Translations under genes and position numbers: made by a program | Assembly: GCA_041674105.1 (NCBI GenBank) | Contig: JBAYWK010000001.1 | Span: 167,114 to 231,113 of the forward strand | DNA length: 64,000 nt | Reading direction: 5' to 3' | Source of the DNA: Minisyncoccota bacterium | Lineage (GTDB): Bacteria; Patescibacteriota; Minisyncoccia; Phycocordibacterales; DATDWN01 | The notes under the pieces: generated by a model | What the model saw: the letters and a program-made list of their open reading frames with translations, nothing else | Database searches by the model: none | Told to the model about the DNA's origin: nothing | Shown here: piece by piece, positions 47,401 through 57,169 of the stretch | Position numbering within the stretch: the stretch's first letter is position 1 | Layout of the letters: each line of letters begins with the position of its first letter

Positions 47401-47867
47401 TTGACCAAAATGTTTTAGATAATATGTCCAAAACTAGAGAAATTGTTTCAAAAGCTTTAGATCTGAGACAAGCTTCAGGTATAAAAGTAAGACAACCATT
47501 AGCATCTTTGATTGTAGAGGATAATTTATCAGAAGAATTTTTTAATATAATTGCTGATGAGGTTAATGTTAAGAAGGTCAGCCCTTCTCCAAGCCCGTCT
47601 CAGGAAAATTTTGAAATGTTTTTAGATACAAATATAACAGACGATCTTTTTGAAGAAGGCTTAGCTAGAGAGATAATAAGAGAGATTCAGGATTTAAGGA
47701 AAAAGGAAAATTTTGACCCAAATCAAAAAGTAAAAATAAAATTACTATCTGATAAAAAAACAAAAAATATCTTTGATAAATATCTTGAGATGATATCTAA
47801 AGTAACCCTGGTTTCAGAAGTTGAATATGAAGAAAGTGACGAAAGGTCTATTTCTGTCATAGTTTAA
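44424..47867 (+). CDS. ileS: isoleucyl-tRNA synthetase (type 2) with an inserted histidine-phosphatase (PGAM-like) domain of about 205 aa
   Basis: HYGH, WTTTPWTLPGN, KMSKS. The insert at roughly nt 45885-46500 contains LMRHAESEDN and LIVSHGAPL, placed between ...PVWENESEERFVIGSVEDL and DLHRPYIDDV. Confidence 0.85.
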   Translation: MKEEESNKSEVVQKEEKILDFWQKNKIFEKTLEKENPEGNFVFFDGPPFATGLPHYGHILPGTVKDLIPRYQTMKGKKVLRRWGWDCHGLPIENLIEKELGLSSKRDIEKYGVEKFNLAARNAVFRYRDEWKKIIPRSGRWVDMENDYRTMDSTYTESVWWSFKNLYDKKLIYKDFKTMHICPHCETTLSNLEVSQGYKDITDISVYVKVKLLDEENTFALIWTTTPWTLPGNVALAVNPDFDYVKAKKGDVFFILLKDLALKVLKDNYEIVDEFKGKKLVGKSYEPIFSYYKNSNLDNLENAWKIYDADFVDVETGTGIVHIASAFGEDDMNLGKKNELPFIQHVGMDGTFKEEVSFLAGQKVKPIEDHQKSDVEIIKYLAKEGSLFAKEKIIHSYPHCWRCATPLLNYATSSWFVKVTLLKDKMIDLNNKINWKPAFIGEGRFGNWLEGARDWSISRGRFWGAPLPVWENESEERFVIGSVEDLKNYIGRKNKYFLMRHAESEDNAHGNLINSKDTTINPLTEEGISQAKASVKNLKDKKIDLIIHSPFLRTKQTSQIIAEELGIPKESVLEEEKIVELQAGEYDRKSWEEFIENFSSIKEKFEKNIGEAESWEDVRKRSMSFIYDIDSKYEGKNILIVSHGAPLNLIMMGSRGFSTNQMIKYFHSDIFSNAEIKECDFVSLPHNEKYEIDLHRPYIDDVVLKDKKGNLLKRVPEVFDTWYDSGSMSFAQQHYPFENKELFESKNNSLFPADFIAEGLDQTRGWFYTLLVLGTGLFNKSPYNSVIVNGLVLAEDGRKMSKSLKNYPDPMDIINKYGADALRYYLMSSSVVRTEDLNFSEKGVDEIYKKLIQKIYNVLSFYQMYSTDYVSVYEKSSNVLDQWIVYRLKELLDTVTKHLDSYEIEKAARPIMDFVEDLSTWYIRRSRERFKSDNFQDRKDVSDTTSYILKELSKIMAPITPFIAEEVYLEITKGLKKESVHLEKWPNLKEIVIDQNVLDNMSKTREIVSKALDLRQASGIKVRQPLASLIVEDNLSEEFFNIIADEVNVKKVSPSPSPSQENFEMFLDTNITDDLFEEGLAREIIREIQDLRKKENFDPNQKVKIKLLSDKKTKNIFDKYLEMISKVTLVSEVEYEESDERSISVIV

Positions 47868-48451
47868 TGTCTTATCATATATATACAACAGCTGGTATAG
47901 TTTTGAAAAAGAATCATTTTAATGAGGCTAATTCTTTGTTCTATATCTTAACAGAAGATTTGGGACTAATAATTGCTTCTGCTCAAGGGGTTAGACTCCA
48001 GTCTTCAAAGTTAGGTAGTTCTTTGCAGGAATTTTCTTTAGTAACCCTTTCTTGTGTTAAAGGTAAAGGGGGTTGGAAAATAACAAACTCTATAGCCAGA
48101 GAAAATTTTTTCTTTGATAAACCTATTTATGTTCAGAAATTCATTACGAATTTGTCTAGAGTTTTAATTCGTATGATGCCAGGAGAAGAAAATAACCAAG
48201 ATATTTTTTATTTAGTTGAAGGATCTTTTTCTTGGTTAAAGAATTTGAGCAAGGAAAGTATAGATTCGTTTGAGATACTTTGCAATTTAAGGGTTTTACA
48301 TAACCTGGGGTATGTGGATAGAAACCCTGGTACAGAAGTATTTTTGGGATCTTCGGATAAATGGGACGAGCTATTACTCTGCAAGGTTTTAAAAAATAAA
48401 AATCTCCTGTTGGGCTATATAAATAAAGGTTTGAAAGAAAGCCATTTGTGA
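47867..48451 (+). CDS. recO: DNA repair protein RecO-like (short form)
   Basis: TTAGIVLKKNHFNEANSLFYILTEDLGLIIASAQGVR fits the N-terminal OB fold. Confidence 0.45.
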   Translation: MSYHIYTTAGIVLKKNHFNEANSLFYILTEDLGLIIASAQGVRLQSSKLGSSLQEFSLVTLSCVKGKGGWKITNSIARENFFFDKPIYVQKFITNLSRVLIRMMPGEENNQDIFYLVEGSFSWLKNLSKESIDSFEILCNLRVLHNLGYVDRNPGTEVFLGSSDKWDELLLCKVLKNKNLLLGYINKGLKESHL

Positions 48452-48456
48452 TATAA

Positions 48457-50358
48457 TTGTTGAGTATGGAATTTGATAAAAGTCGTATAGAAAGATTAAA
48501 AAGATCTCTTTATTCAAGAGACGAATCCTTGGTCCCAAAAGAAAAACGCACTCCAGTTAGAGAAGAAGAATTTTCTGCGCCGAAAAATTGGGGAGATGAT
48601 CGTTCTTTTGAATTTTCAACAGAAGAAATGTCTAAAAAAAATAACTCTTTTTTCAACAAATTTTTTGCCTTCTCTCTTCTATTTTTTGTTATATCAATTG
48701 GGTTGGCTGGTTTTATATTTTTTGGAGGATTAAATCTCATTTCTTCAAACAATGTTGATATAAAAGTCGTTGGTCCTAGTACGGTTGCATCTGGGGAAGA
48801 ACTAGATTTTGTGGTATCTGTAGTAAATCAAAATAGAACTGATTTGGATGAAGTTACACTATCTTTGGAATATCCAGAAGGGACTCGTTTAGCCGGAGAT
48901 AATGGAGAACCTATTGTCAGAGATAAGATAGATTTGGGAACTTTAGAAAAAGGAAAAACAAAAGATTCGTCTTTCAGGGTCTCTGTATTTGGTGAAAAGG
49001 ATTCTATAAGACCTATAGTGATGAAAGTTAATTACCGCGTTTCTGGTTCAAATGCTGTGTTCTCTAAAGAGAAAACATATGAAATTGTCATAAACTCTTC
49101 TCCTATTCTCTTAAAAGTAAATTACCCTAAAGAAGTAAATTCTGGGCAGCCTATTACTCTTTCATTGGACGTAACTTCAAATTCAATTGTGCCGGTTGAA
49201 AATACTTTACTAAAAATAGAGTATCCTTATGGTTTTTCTTATAAAGAGTCTAGTTTAAAACCAGTTAGAGATGATTCGGTTTGGAATTTGGGAACAATGA
49301 AAGATGGAGATAAGAAGACTTTGAAAGTGACCGGTGTTTTGATAGGACAAGATTTAGAAGACCGGTCTTTTAGAATATCAGTTGGAAGTCAGAATAACTC
49401 AGTCGGAGAATTTGATACAGATTTAGCTGTGGAACAGGCTACTGTCGGTATCAGAAAATCTTTTTTTAACCTTGGTATAAAATCAACTAGCGAATTTTAT
49501 AATGTAGGGGAGACTGCATTTATGGATGTATCTTGGCAAAATACTTTACCAGAGAAATTATCAAACAATCGTATAGAGATAGTTTTGTCTGGAAATGCGT
49601 TTGACCGCAACGGTGTTTCTGCTGTAACAGGTGGTTATTATAGGTCATTGGATAGCAGTATTATATGGGATAAAAATACTACGCCACTTTTTGGTGAGTT
49701 AGTCTCAGGTAGTTCTGGTAAGGTATCTTTTTCTGTTAAACCTTTATCTGATATTTCCAATATAAGAAATATTAAAAATCCACATATAGATATGAAAGTT
49801 ACTATGCTCGGAGATAGGTCTAACAGTGGAGAAACAATCTCTTCGACAGAAGATGTCTCTGTTAAATTTTCTACTTTATTAAATTTAACTTCTAGAGTGT
49901 ACAGGTCTTTTACTGGTATGCAGAACAGTGGGCCTATTCCTCCCAAGGCTGATGTTGAATCAACATATACTATTTCTTGGACACTAACCAATACTGTTAA
50001 TGATACTTCAGATGTTTCTATTTCAGCTCAATTACCAGTATATGTTTCTTGGAAAGGGGAAACTTCTCCAAATACAGAGAGTATAAGTTATGATCCAAGT
50101 ACCCGTAAGGTTATATGGAATGTTGGAAATGTCTCTTTTGGAACAGGTTTTGTATACTCTCCAAAGCAAGTCTCTTTTAAGGTCGGATTAATTCCAAGCG
50201 TTAACCAGGTTGGATCTAGTCCTGAGATCCTTTTCCCTTCGACGATTTCTGGTAAAGATTTGTATACAGGTAAAAACCTATCAGGCAGCACTTCTTCTGT
50301 GAACACCTTTTTCTCTGACTTAAGCTTTAAGCCAGGAGATGAAAAGGTTGTTAATTAG
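48457..50358 (+). CDS. large membrane-anchored surface protein with repeated beta-rich (CARDB/DUF11-like) domains
   Basis: Cytoplasmic N-terminus, a single TM at about residues 65-88, then about 540 aa of extracellular S/T/V-rich repeats. Confidence 0.45.
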   Translation: MLSMEFDKSRIERLKRSLYSRDESLVPKEKRTPVREEEFSAPKNWGDDRSFEFSTEEMSKKNNSFFNKFFAFSLLFFVISIGLAGFIFFGGLNLISSNNVDIKVVGPSTVASGEELDFVVSVVNQNRTDLDEVTLSLEYPEGTRLAGDNGEPIVRDKIDLGTLEKGKTKDSSFRVSVFGEKDSIRPIVMKVNYRVSGSNAVFSKEKTYEIVINSSPILLKVNYPKEVNSGQPITLSLDVTSNSIVPVENTLLKIEYPYGFSYKESSLKPVRDDSVWNLGTMKDGDKKTLKVTGVLIGQDLEDRSFRISVGSQNNSVGEFDTDLAVEQATVGIRKSFFNLGIKSTSEFYNVGETAFMDVSWQNTLPEKLSNNRIEIVLSGNAFDRNGVSAVTGGYYRSLDSSIIWDKNTTPLFGELVSGSSGKVSFSVKPLSDISNIRNIKNPHIDMKVTMLGDRSNSGETISSTEDVSVKFSTLLNLTSRVYRSFTGMQNSGPIPPKADVESTYTISWTLTNTVNDTSDVSISAQLPVYVSWKGETSPNTESISYDPSTRKVIWNVGNVSFGTGFVYSPKQVSFKVGLIPSVNQVGSSPEILFPSTISGKDLYTGKNLSGSTSSVNTFFSDLSFKPGDEKVVN

Positions 50359-50390
50359 GGTAGTTTTGAGGTAGTATACTGTCTATAAAT

Positions 50391-51719
50391 ATGGCAAAAG
50401 AAAATAAAAATGAATTAATGGAGAAGATTGTATCTCTTTGCAAAAGGAGAGGATTTATATTCCAAGGATCAGAAATATATGGTGGCTTGGCCGGCACATG
50501 GGACTATGGTCCTTATGGAGCTTCTCTTTCTTATAATATAAAGGAATTGTGGTGGAAACATTTTGTTAGTGAACAGGAAAATATTTTTGGAATCTCAACG
50601 CCTACAATAATGCCAGAAGCTGTTTGGAGAGCCAGCGGACATCTTTCTGGATTTACAGACCCAATGATAGAGTGTAAAAAATGTCACCATCGTTTTAGAG
50701 CGGACCATCTAGATAAAAAAAATCTTGAATCAAAAAAATGTCCTGATTGTGGTGGAGAATTGGGAGAAGAAAAGGCTTTCAATTTAATGTTCCCTTTGAA
50801 TATGGGGAGTAGTTCAGATAGTATCGCTTATTTGCGTGGAGAGATCGCTCCTGGAATGTTTGTTAATTTTAAAAATATATTAGACACAATGCGTCCAAGT
50901 CTTCCTTTTGGTATTGCTCAAATAGGTAAGGCTTATAGAAATGAAATAGCTCCAAGAGATTTTCTCTTTAGGGTTCGCGAGTTTGATCTTATGGAATTTG
51001 AATTCTTTTTAAAGGAAGAGGATTGGGAAAAGTATTTTGAGTTTTGGAGAAGTGAAATGTGGAGATGGGTAGAAAGAGTGGGAATAAATAAAGAAATGGT
51101 CTATGAGTTGGAGGTTTCTTCTGAGGATAGAGCTCATTATTCAAAGCGTACAATCGATTTTGAGTTTGAGTGGCCATTTGGAAGAAAGGAATTGTATGGA
51201 CTAGCGTATAGAACAGATCATGATTTGAAAAGTCATTCAGCTGGATCTGGTACAGATTTAAGTTACTTTGATGAGAGCACAAAAGAAAAATTTATTCCTC
51301 ATGTTGTGGAACCATCAATGGGTCATGGCAGAACAATGCTTGCTGTTCTCGTTTCGTCATACAGAGAAGATGAGATGAACGGAGAGGTAAGAAGTTATTT
51401 AGCTTTTAAACCATCCATTGCTCCTATCAAAGTAGCTGTTTTTCCACTTCTTAAAAATAAACCAGAGCTTGTAGAGAAGGCTCGTGAAATTTATAAAATT
51501 CTAAAAAAAGAATTCAGTTCAGTTGAGTTTGATGATAATGGTAATATTGGTAAGAGATACAGAAGACAAGACGAGATAGGAACTCCTTTTTGTGTAACTA
51601 TCGATTTTGAAACAATTGAAAAAGATAATGCAATAACTGTTAGGGATAGAGATACGGGTGTGCAGACGAGGGTGGGTACTTCAGAGCTTATAGCCTATAT
51701 AAAAGAAAGAATGGTTTAA
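50391..51719 (+). CDS. glyQS: glycyl-tRNA synthetase (class II, alpha2 type)
   Basis: GSEIYGGLAGTWDYGPYG. Zinc ribbon CKKCHH...CPDCGG. Confidence 0.8.
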   Translation: MAKENKNELMEKIVSLCKRRGFIFQGSEIYGGLAGTWDYGPYGASLSYNIKELWWKHFVSEQENIFGISTPTIMPEAVWRASGHLSGFTDPMIECKKCHHRFRADHLDKKNLESKKCPDCGGELGEEKAFNLMFPLNMGSSSDSIAYLRGEIAPGMFVNFKNILDTMRPSLPFGIAQIGKAYRNEIAPRDFLFRVREFDLMEFEFFLKEEDWEKYFEFWRSEMWRWVERVGINKEMVYELEVSSEDRAHYSKRTIDFEFEWPFGRKELYGLAYRTDHDLKSHSAGSGTDLSYFDESTKEKFIPHVVEPSMGHGRTMLAVLVSSYREDEMNGEVRSYLAFKPSIAPIKVAVFPLLKNKPELVEKAREIYKILKKEFSSVEFDDNGNIGKRYRRQDEIGTPFCVTIDFETIEKDNAITVRDRDTGVQTRVGTSELIAYIKERMV

Positions 51720-51839
51720 CCTTGACATAATCTCTGTTTGGTAGTATAATATATCTTAACTTTTTTATTTTTTAAATTGTGGTATATTCACTTGGTATAG
51801 TCATGTGTCTATAAAAACGGCTTAAAATAAAGGTATTAT

Positions 51840-53108
51840 ATGAATTATAACCAAAAAGTGCTTAAAAATGGCTTAACAGTCATCACATCTCCTATGAAAG
51901 ATAGTCCATCTGTGACTGTTTTAGTTATGGTATCTGCTGGCTCTAAATATGAAGATAGAAGTATAAATGGAATATCTCATTTTTTGGAACACATGTGTTT
52001 TAAAGGAACACATAAGAGGCCTACAGCTTTTCATATTTCTAGAGAATTAGATAGCATAGGATCTCAAAATAACGCTTTCACTGCTCAAGAATTTACAGGA
52101 TATTATGCTAAAGCTCATCCACAATATTTAGAATCTATTATGGATGTGGTTTCCGATATATATTTAAATCCCACTTTTGATCCTGCTGAGATAGAAAGAG
52201 AAAGAGGAGTAATAATAGAGGAAATGAATATGTACGAAGATATGCCTCATAGATTGGTCCAAGAAGTTTTTATGGAAACTTTGTATAAAGATCAACCTGC
52301 TGGTTACTGGGTGATTGGAACAAAAGAAAATATTCTAAAAATTACTAGGGAAGATTTTTTAGCTTATAGAAAAAAACATTATGTGGCAGAGGGTACGACT
52401 GTTTTTGTTTCTGGAGATATAGACGAAGAAAAAGTTCTTGCTCTAGTTGAAAATTATTTTAGTAGTATTCCAGTATCTCCAAAAGAGGCACCTAAAAAAG
52501 TTGTGGAGAGTCAAACAAAACCAGAACTAAACATAAGAGATAAAGATACAGATCAAACTCATCTTGTCTTAGGAGTTAAAACATTTGGTGGGGATGATAA
52601 GAGAAATAGTACCTTAAGTGTACTAAACTCTATTTTGGGTGGAGGTATGAGCTCTAGACTTTTTCAAAAACTCAGAGAGGAAATGGGAGTAGGGTATTAT
52701 GTTAGATCTGAAACAGACGAATATATTGATCATGGATATTTAGCTATATCTACTGGTGTGGATACAAGTCGAGTTGTAGAAGTGGTAAAAGCAATCATTT
52801 TTGAATTAAAAAGATTTGTAGTCGAACCTGTTTTAGAGGCGGAGCTCAAGAAAGCTAAAGACTATCTGGTTGGTAGTACTTTTTTAGGACTTGAATCTTC
52901 TGATTCTGTTGCAGAGTACTATGCTATGCAAAAAATTGTTTCATCTAAACTTGTAACCCCTTCCGAATTGGCTTCAGAGATTCAGTCTGTAACAGCCGAG
53001 GAGGTTATGGAATTGGCAAAAGAGATAATGATTGACTCTCGTTTAAATATGGCTATTGTAGGAAATATAAAAAATAGAGAAGAGATTGAAGCAGAACTGC
53101 ATTTTTAG
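51840..53108 (+). CDS. M16-family zinc peptidase
   Basis: HFLEHMCFKGT plus EIERERGVIIEE. Confidence 0.75.
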   Translation: MNYNQKVLKNGLTVITSPMKDSPSVTVLVMVSAGSKYEDRSINGISHFLEHMCFKGTHKRPTAFHISRELDSIGSQNNAFTAQEFTGYYAKAHPQYLESIMDVVSDIYLNPTFDPAEIERERGVIIEEMNMYEDMPHRLVQEVFMETLYKDQPAGYWVIGTKENILKITREDFLAYRKKHYVAEGTTVFVSGDIDEEKVLALVENYFSSIPVSPKEAPKKVVESQTKPELNIRDKDTDQTHLVLGVKTFGGDDKRNSTLSVLNSILGGGMSSRLFQKLREEMGVGYYVRSETDEYIDHGYLAISTGVDTSRVVEVVKAIIFELKRFVVEPVLEAELKKAKDYLVGSTFLGLESSDSVAEYYAMQKIVSSKLVTPSELASEIQSVTAEEVMELAKEIMIDSRLNMAIVGNIKNREEIEAELHF

Positions 53109-53149
53109 TTTTTTACAAATGGTGGACTCGGTGTTATTATATTAGTAAT

Positions 53150-54208
53150 ATGCAATCTAATAAACAAACATTAGAAATAAGCTCCGGTACAATAATTAGA
53201 TTTATATTAATTTGTATTGTTTTTTTTGTACTTTTCTTAGTTAAAGATCTAATATTGGTTGTTTTGATGGCTATACTTGTAGCTTCTGCTGTAGAACCAG
53301 CTACTCAATGGTTTGTAAAAAGGAAAGCTCCTAGATTATTAGCCGTCATACTTGTTTATTTGATGATAGCTTCTGTTATAATAAGCATCGTTTATTTTCT
53401 AATTTTACCTCTTTTAACAGACTCAACTAATTTTTTAAAAAACCTTCCTTCATACTTTAATGAAAAAACATTAAACGATATAAGCCAAAATGATTTACTC
53501 CAACCATTTTCCAGTCTAAAAGATACTATAAATGTTGGGGATGTTGTTAAAAATATGAATAGTTTTATTAGTAGCTTGTCTTCCAGTACTTTCAGTACGG
53601 TGTCTTCTATCTTTGGCGGTATATTGAGTTTTATTTTGATTATTGTTTTATCATTTTACCTTTCTGTTGACGAAAATGGTGTGGCTAAATTTTTAAGAAT
53701 GGTTACCCCATTAAAGCACGAAAAATATGTCATAAATTTATGGAATAGGTCTCAAAGAAAAATAGGACTTTGGATGCAAGGCCAGTTAGTTTTGGCTGTT
53801 ATAGTTGGTATGTTGGTTTATTTAGGACTGACTCTTCTTGGTGTTGAAAATGCGCTTCTTTTAGCATTTTTAGCGGCAGCCTTCGAAATAATTCCTCTGT
53901 TTGGACCTGTTCTGTCTGCAATACCGGCTATTGCTTTGGCTTTTGTAGATGGAGGAATAACTTTAGCTATTTTAGTAATGGGCTGGTATCTTATAGTTCA
54001 ACAATTTGAGAATCATCTTATATATCCTTTGGTTGTAAAAAATGTTGTAGGAGTGTCACCTATAGTTTCAATTCTTTCTCTTGTTATTGGTTATACCTTG
54101 GCAGGATTTCTGGGTCTTATCCTTTCTGTACCCATAGCCGCAGCTTTGATTGAATATTTTGATGATTTGGAAAAAGATAAACTCTCCAAATCTAAAGAAG
54201 AGATTTAG
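53150..54208 (+). CDS. AI-2E family transporter (PerM/YdiK-like)
   Basis: Eight TM helices. UPF0118-like layout. Confidence 0.65.
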   Translation: MQSNKQTLEISSGTIIRFILICIVFFVLFLVKDLILVVLMAILVASAVEPATQWFVKRKAPRLLAVILVYLMIASVIISIVYFLILPLLTDSTNFLKNLPSYFNEKTLNDISQNDLLQPFSSLKDTINVGDVVKNMNSFISSLSSSTFSTVSSIFGGILSFILIIVLSFYLSVDENGVAKFLRMVTPLKHEKYVINLWNRSQRKIGLWMQGQLVLAVIVGMLVYLGLTLLGVENALLLAFLAAAFEIIPLFGPVLSAIPAIALAFVDGGITLAILVMGWYLIVQQFENHLIYPLVVKNVVGVSPIVSILSLVIGYTLAGFLGLILSVPIAAALIEYFDDLEKDKLSKSKEEI

Positions 54209-54211
54209 ATT

Positions 54212-55639
54212 ATGATTAAAACCTTTTATATAACCACTCCAATATTTTACCCAAATGCGAATTTACATATGGGTCATGCATACACAGTAACTGTCTGTGA
54301 TATTTTAACTAGGTACCACAAACTTGTAGGAGAAGAAACTTATTTTTTAACTGGTTCAGATGAAAACACGGGAAAGATTTTGAAAGCAGTAGAAGAAAGA
54401 GGTGAGAAAGTTTCAGATTATTTAGATGCAATATCAGAAAATTTTAAAAATTTATATAAAAGTTTGGACATTTCTTATGACCAGTTCATAAGAACGAGTG
54501 ATAAAAAAAATCATTGGCCTGGAGCTTTGGCTATGTGGGAGAGGCTTGTTTCTTCTGGTGATATATACAAAGCTACTTACAAGGGTTTATATTGTGTCGG
54601 TTGTGAGACTTTTTATAAAGAGAAAGATTTGGTGGATGGTAAATGCCCAATTCATCAGACAATTCCAGAAGAAATAGAAGAAGATAATTATTTTTTTAGA
54701 CTTTCAAAATATTCTGTTAAGATAAAAGAAAAAATAAGAAACGAGGAAATAAAAATTGTTCCAACATCAAGAAAAAATGAAATTCTTGCTCTACTCGATA
54801 GAGGACTTGAAGATGTTAGTTTTTCTCGTCCTATAAAAAATGTTCCACACGGAATACCTGTACCAAATGATCCAGAACAGGTTATTTATGTTTGGTGTGA
54901 TGCTTTAGTTAACTATATTTCTGCCTTAGGTTTTGGTAGAGATGATGATTTGTTTAAGAAATTTTGGCCAGCTGATGTGCATGTAATAGGTAAAGATATA
55001 CTTCGTTTTCACACTGCTATATGGCCGGCAATGCTTATGTCAGCCAACCTTCCTCTTCCAAAATCAGTCTTTGTTCATGGTCTTATAACTTCTGGTGGAG
55101 TAAAAATGTCAAAAACTTTGGGTAATGTTGTTGATCCTTATGATTTAATAAATCAGTATGGTAGAGATGCTGTTAGGTATTATTTTGCTAGAGAAATTTC
55201 ACCATTTGAAGATGGAGATTTAACTGTTGAGAGATTTAAAGAAAGCTACAATGCAAATTTAGCAAATGGCGTTGGTAATTTGGTTTCCAGAATAATGAAA
55301 ATGTCAGAAGATAATCTAGACAAGCCCATAGAAATACCAGAGTTTAAATTATCTGATGAATACAAAAAATATTTAGAAAATTTTGAAATAAATAAGGCCT
55401 GTGATCTTGTTTGGCAAGAAATAGGAGATATAGATAAGTACATTCAAGATAATAAACCATTTAAGATTGTTAAAGAAAACAAAGAAGAGGGAGTAAAGAT
55501 GATAAAAGAGCTTGTGTCTAAACTTTATATGGTGGCAACTCTTTTAGAGCCGATTATGCCAGAAACATCAGGAAAAATAAAAGGACTTGTAAAATTAAAT
55601 AAATCTCCAGAAAAGCCTCTGTTTTTAAGAAAGGAGTAA
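54212..55639 (+). CDS. metG: methionyl-tRNA synthetase, short form lacking the C-terminal tRNA-binding domain
   Basis: PNANLHMGHAYT, zinc knuckle CVGCE...CPIH, KMSKT. Confidence 0.85.
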   Translation: MIKTFYITTPIFYPNANLHMGHAYTVTVCDILTRYHKLVGEETYFLTGSDENTGKILKAVEERGEKVSDYLDAISENFKNLYKSLDISYDQFIRTSDKKNHWPGALAMWERLVSSGDIYKATYKGLYCVGCETFYKEKDLVDGKCPIHQTIPEEIEEDNYFFRLSKYSVKIKEKIRNEEIKIVPTSRKNEILALLDRGLEDVSFSRPIKNVPHGIPVPNDPEQVIYVWCDALVNYISALGFGRDDDLFKKFWPADVHVIGKDILRFHTAIWPAMLMSANLPLPKSVFVHGLITSGGVKMSKTLGNVVDPYDLINQYGRDAVRYYFAREISPFEDGDLTVERFKESYNANLANGVGNLVSRIMKMSEDNLDKPIEIPEFKLSDEYKKYLENFEINKACDLVWQEIGDIDKYIQDNKPFKIVKENKEEGVKMIKELVSKLYMVATLLEPIMPETSGKIKGLVKLNKSPEKPLFLRKE

Positions 55640-55736
55640 CTCAGTATTGTCTTTTAAAAAACGGATAAATTTTTGCTAAAATTTTCCTCGTGTTCGCGCC
55701 GTTGCACTCGCAATGTTTTTAAAAAACAATACTGAG
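55640..55736 (+). repeat. 22-bp inverted repeat (CTCAGTATTGTCTTTTAAAAAAC ... GTTTTTAAAAAACAATACTGAG) enclosing a 52-nt GC-rich loop, between the metG stop and the tatD promoter
   Basis: 21 of 22 bases complementary. TTATAAT follows directly. Confidence 0.6.
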
Positions 55737-55780
55737 TTATAATATGAGTACTTATTAAATAGTAGTGTTAATATTATTTT

Positions 55781-56584
55781 ATGGATTTTGAATATATAGA
55801 TATACATTCTCATCTCTATTTTCCAGATTATGAGCCTGATAGAGAAAGACAAATAGAAGAAATGAAGAAGGCTAAAATAGCTACGATTTCTATTGGCACA
55901 AATTTTGAGACTTCCAAAATGTGTATAGACCTTGCAGAGAAAAATCAAAACATCTTTGCTTGCGTGGGTCAGCATCCGGGTGATTTAAATACTGCATCTA
56001 TTTTTGATAGAGATATAATTCAGCTGACCAAAAACAAGAGAGTTGTTTCTATTGGTGAGTGTGGTCTGGATTATTTTAGACTTCCTGTAGATAATAAAAT
56101 TTTGAAAGAAATACAGAAAAGTATTTTTATTGATCATATAAATCTTTCGGTTGAGACTGGTAAACCTTTAATGCTTCATATAAGACCAAGTCCAAAAAGT
56201 TTTGATGCTTATTTAGAAGCCCTAGAGATTTTAGAGAGTAAATTCAAAGAAGTTGGAGATAAACTAAAAGGCAACGCACATTTTTTTGCTGGTGATATGG
56301 ATATTCTTAAAAGATTTTTGAATATTGGTTTTACAGCATCTTTTACAGGGGTTATTACTTTTGTAAAAGATTATGATGAATTTATAAAATATATTCCAAA
56401 TGAAAAGATAATGTCAGAAACAGATTCTCCTTTTGTGGCCCCAAATCCTTACAGAGGGCAGAGAAATTCTCCTTTATATATACCAGAGGTAGTAAAGAGA
56501 ATAGCCGAGATAAAAAGTGAGCCATTGGAAAAGGTAAAAAAAGCCTTAGTAGATACCGCTATTTCCTCTTTTGGTCTTATTTAG
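55781..56584 (+). CDS. tatD: TatD-family metal-dependent deoxyribonuclease
   Basis: IDIHSHL...CVGQHPGD...GECGLDY. Confidence 0.75.
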   Translation: MDFEYIDIHSHLYFPDYEPDRERQIEEMKKAKIATISIGTNFETSKMCIDLAEKNQNIFACVGQHPGDLNTASIFDRDIIQLTKNKRVVSIGECGLDYFRLPVDNKILKEIQKSIFIDHINLSVETGKPLMLHIRPSPKSFDAYLEALEILESKFKEVGDKLKGNAHFFAGDMDILKRFLNIGFTASFTGVITFVKDYDEFIKYIPNEKIMSETDSPFVAPNPYRGQRNSPLYIPEVVKRIAEIKSEPLEKVKKALVDTAISSFGLI

Positions 56585-56675
56585 GTCAAAAAATTTATAT
56601 TTGCCATAGAAGGACTTTTATGATAGTCTAACCGGTATGGAAAAAGAAGAAAAAACCAAAGAGAAAGGTAGTGAT

Positions 56676-57158
56676 ATGACCGTTTACGAAGTGTCATATT
56701 TGCTTCTTCCGTCCCTTGCTTTAGAGCAAGTTCCTGCTGTTGTTGGGGAAATCAAAAACTCAATAAATACAGCAGGCGGTGAGGTTGTTTCAGGCGAAGA
56801 TCCGATTTTGATTGATCTCGCTTATACAATGACAAAAATTGTTCAGACCCAAAGATACAAGTGTGATTCAGGTTACTTTGGCTGGACAAAATTTGAACTA
56901 ACTGCGGATGGTATGGAGGCGGTGAAAAAGGCACTAGACGCAAATGATAATATCCTGCGATATTTATTAGTAAAGACAGTAAAAGAAAATACTCTTTTGC
57001 AAGGTAAAATGATGCTTAAGAAGGAAGATGTAAAGAGGGAATATTCAGAAGAAACTATTGAAGACTCTGATGAGGTTTCAGAATCAGAACCAGAATCAGA
57101 TAAGGTTTCAGAAGAGGGGGATATAGACAAAAGTATAGATGATCTTGTTATTAATTAA
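56676..57158 (+). CDS. rpsF: 30S ribosomal protein S6 with acidic tail
   Basis: MTVYEVSYLLLP. Followed by ssb and rpsR. Confidence 0.8.
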   Translation: MTVYEVSYLLLPSLALEQVPAVVGEIKNSINTAGGEVVSGEDPILIDLAYTMTKIVQTQRYKCDSGYFGWTKFELTADGMEAVKKALDANDNILRYLLVKTVKENTLLQGKMMLKKEDVKREYSEETIEDSDEVSESEPESDKVSEEGDIDKSIDDLVIN

Positions 57159-57169
57159 TAAAAAAGATT

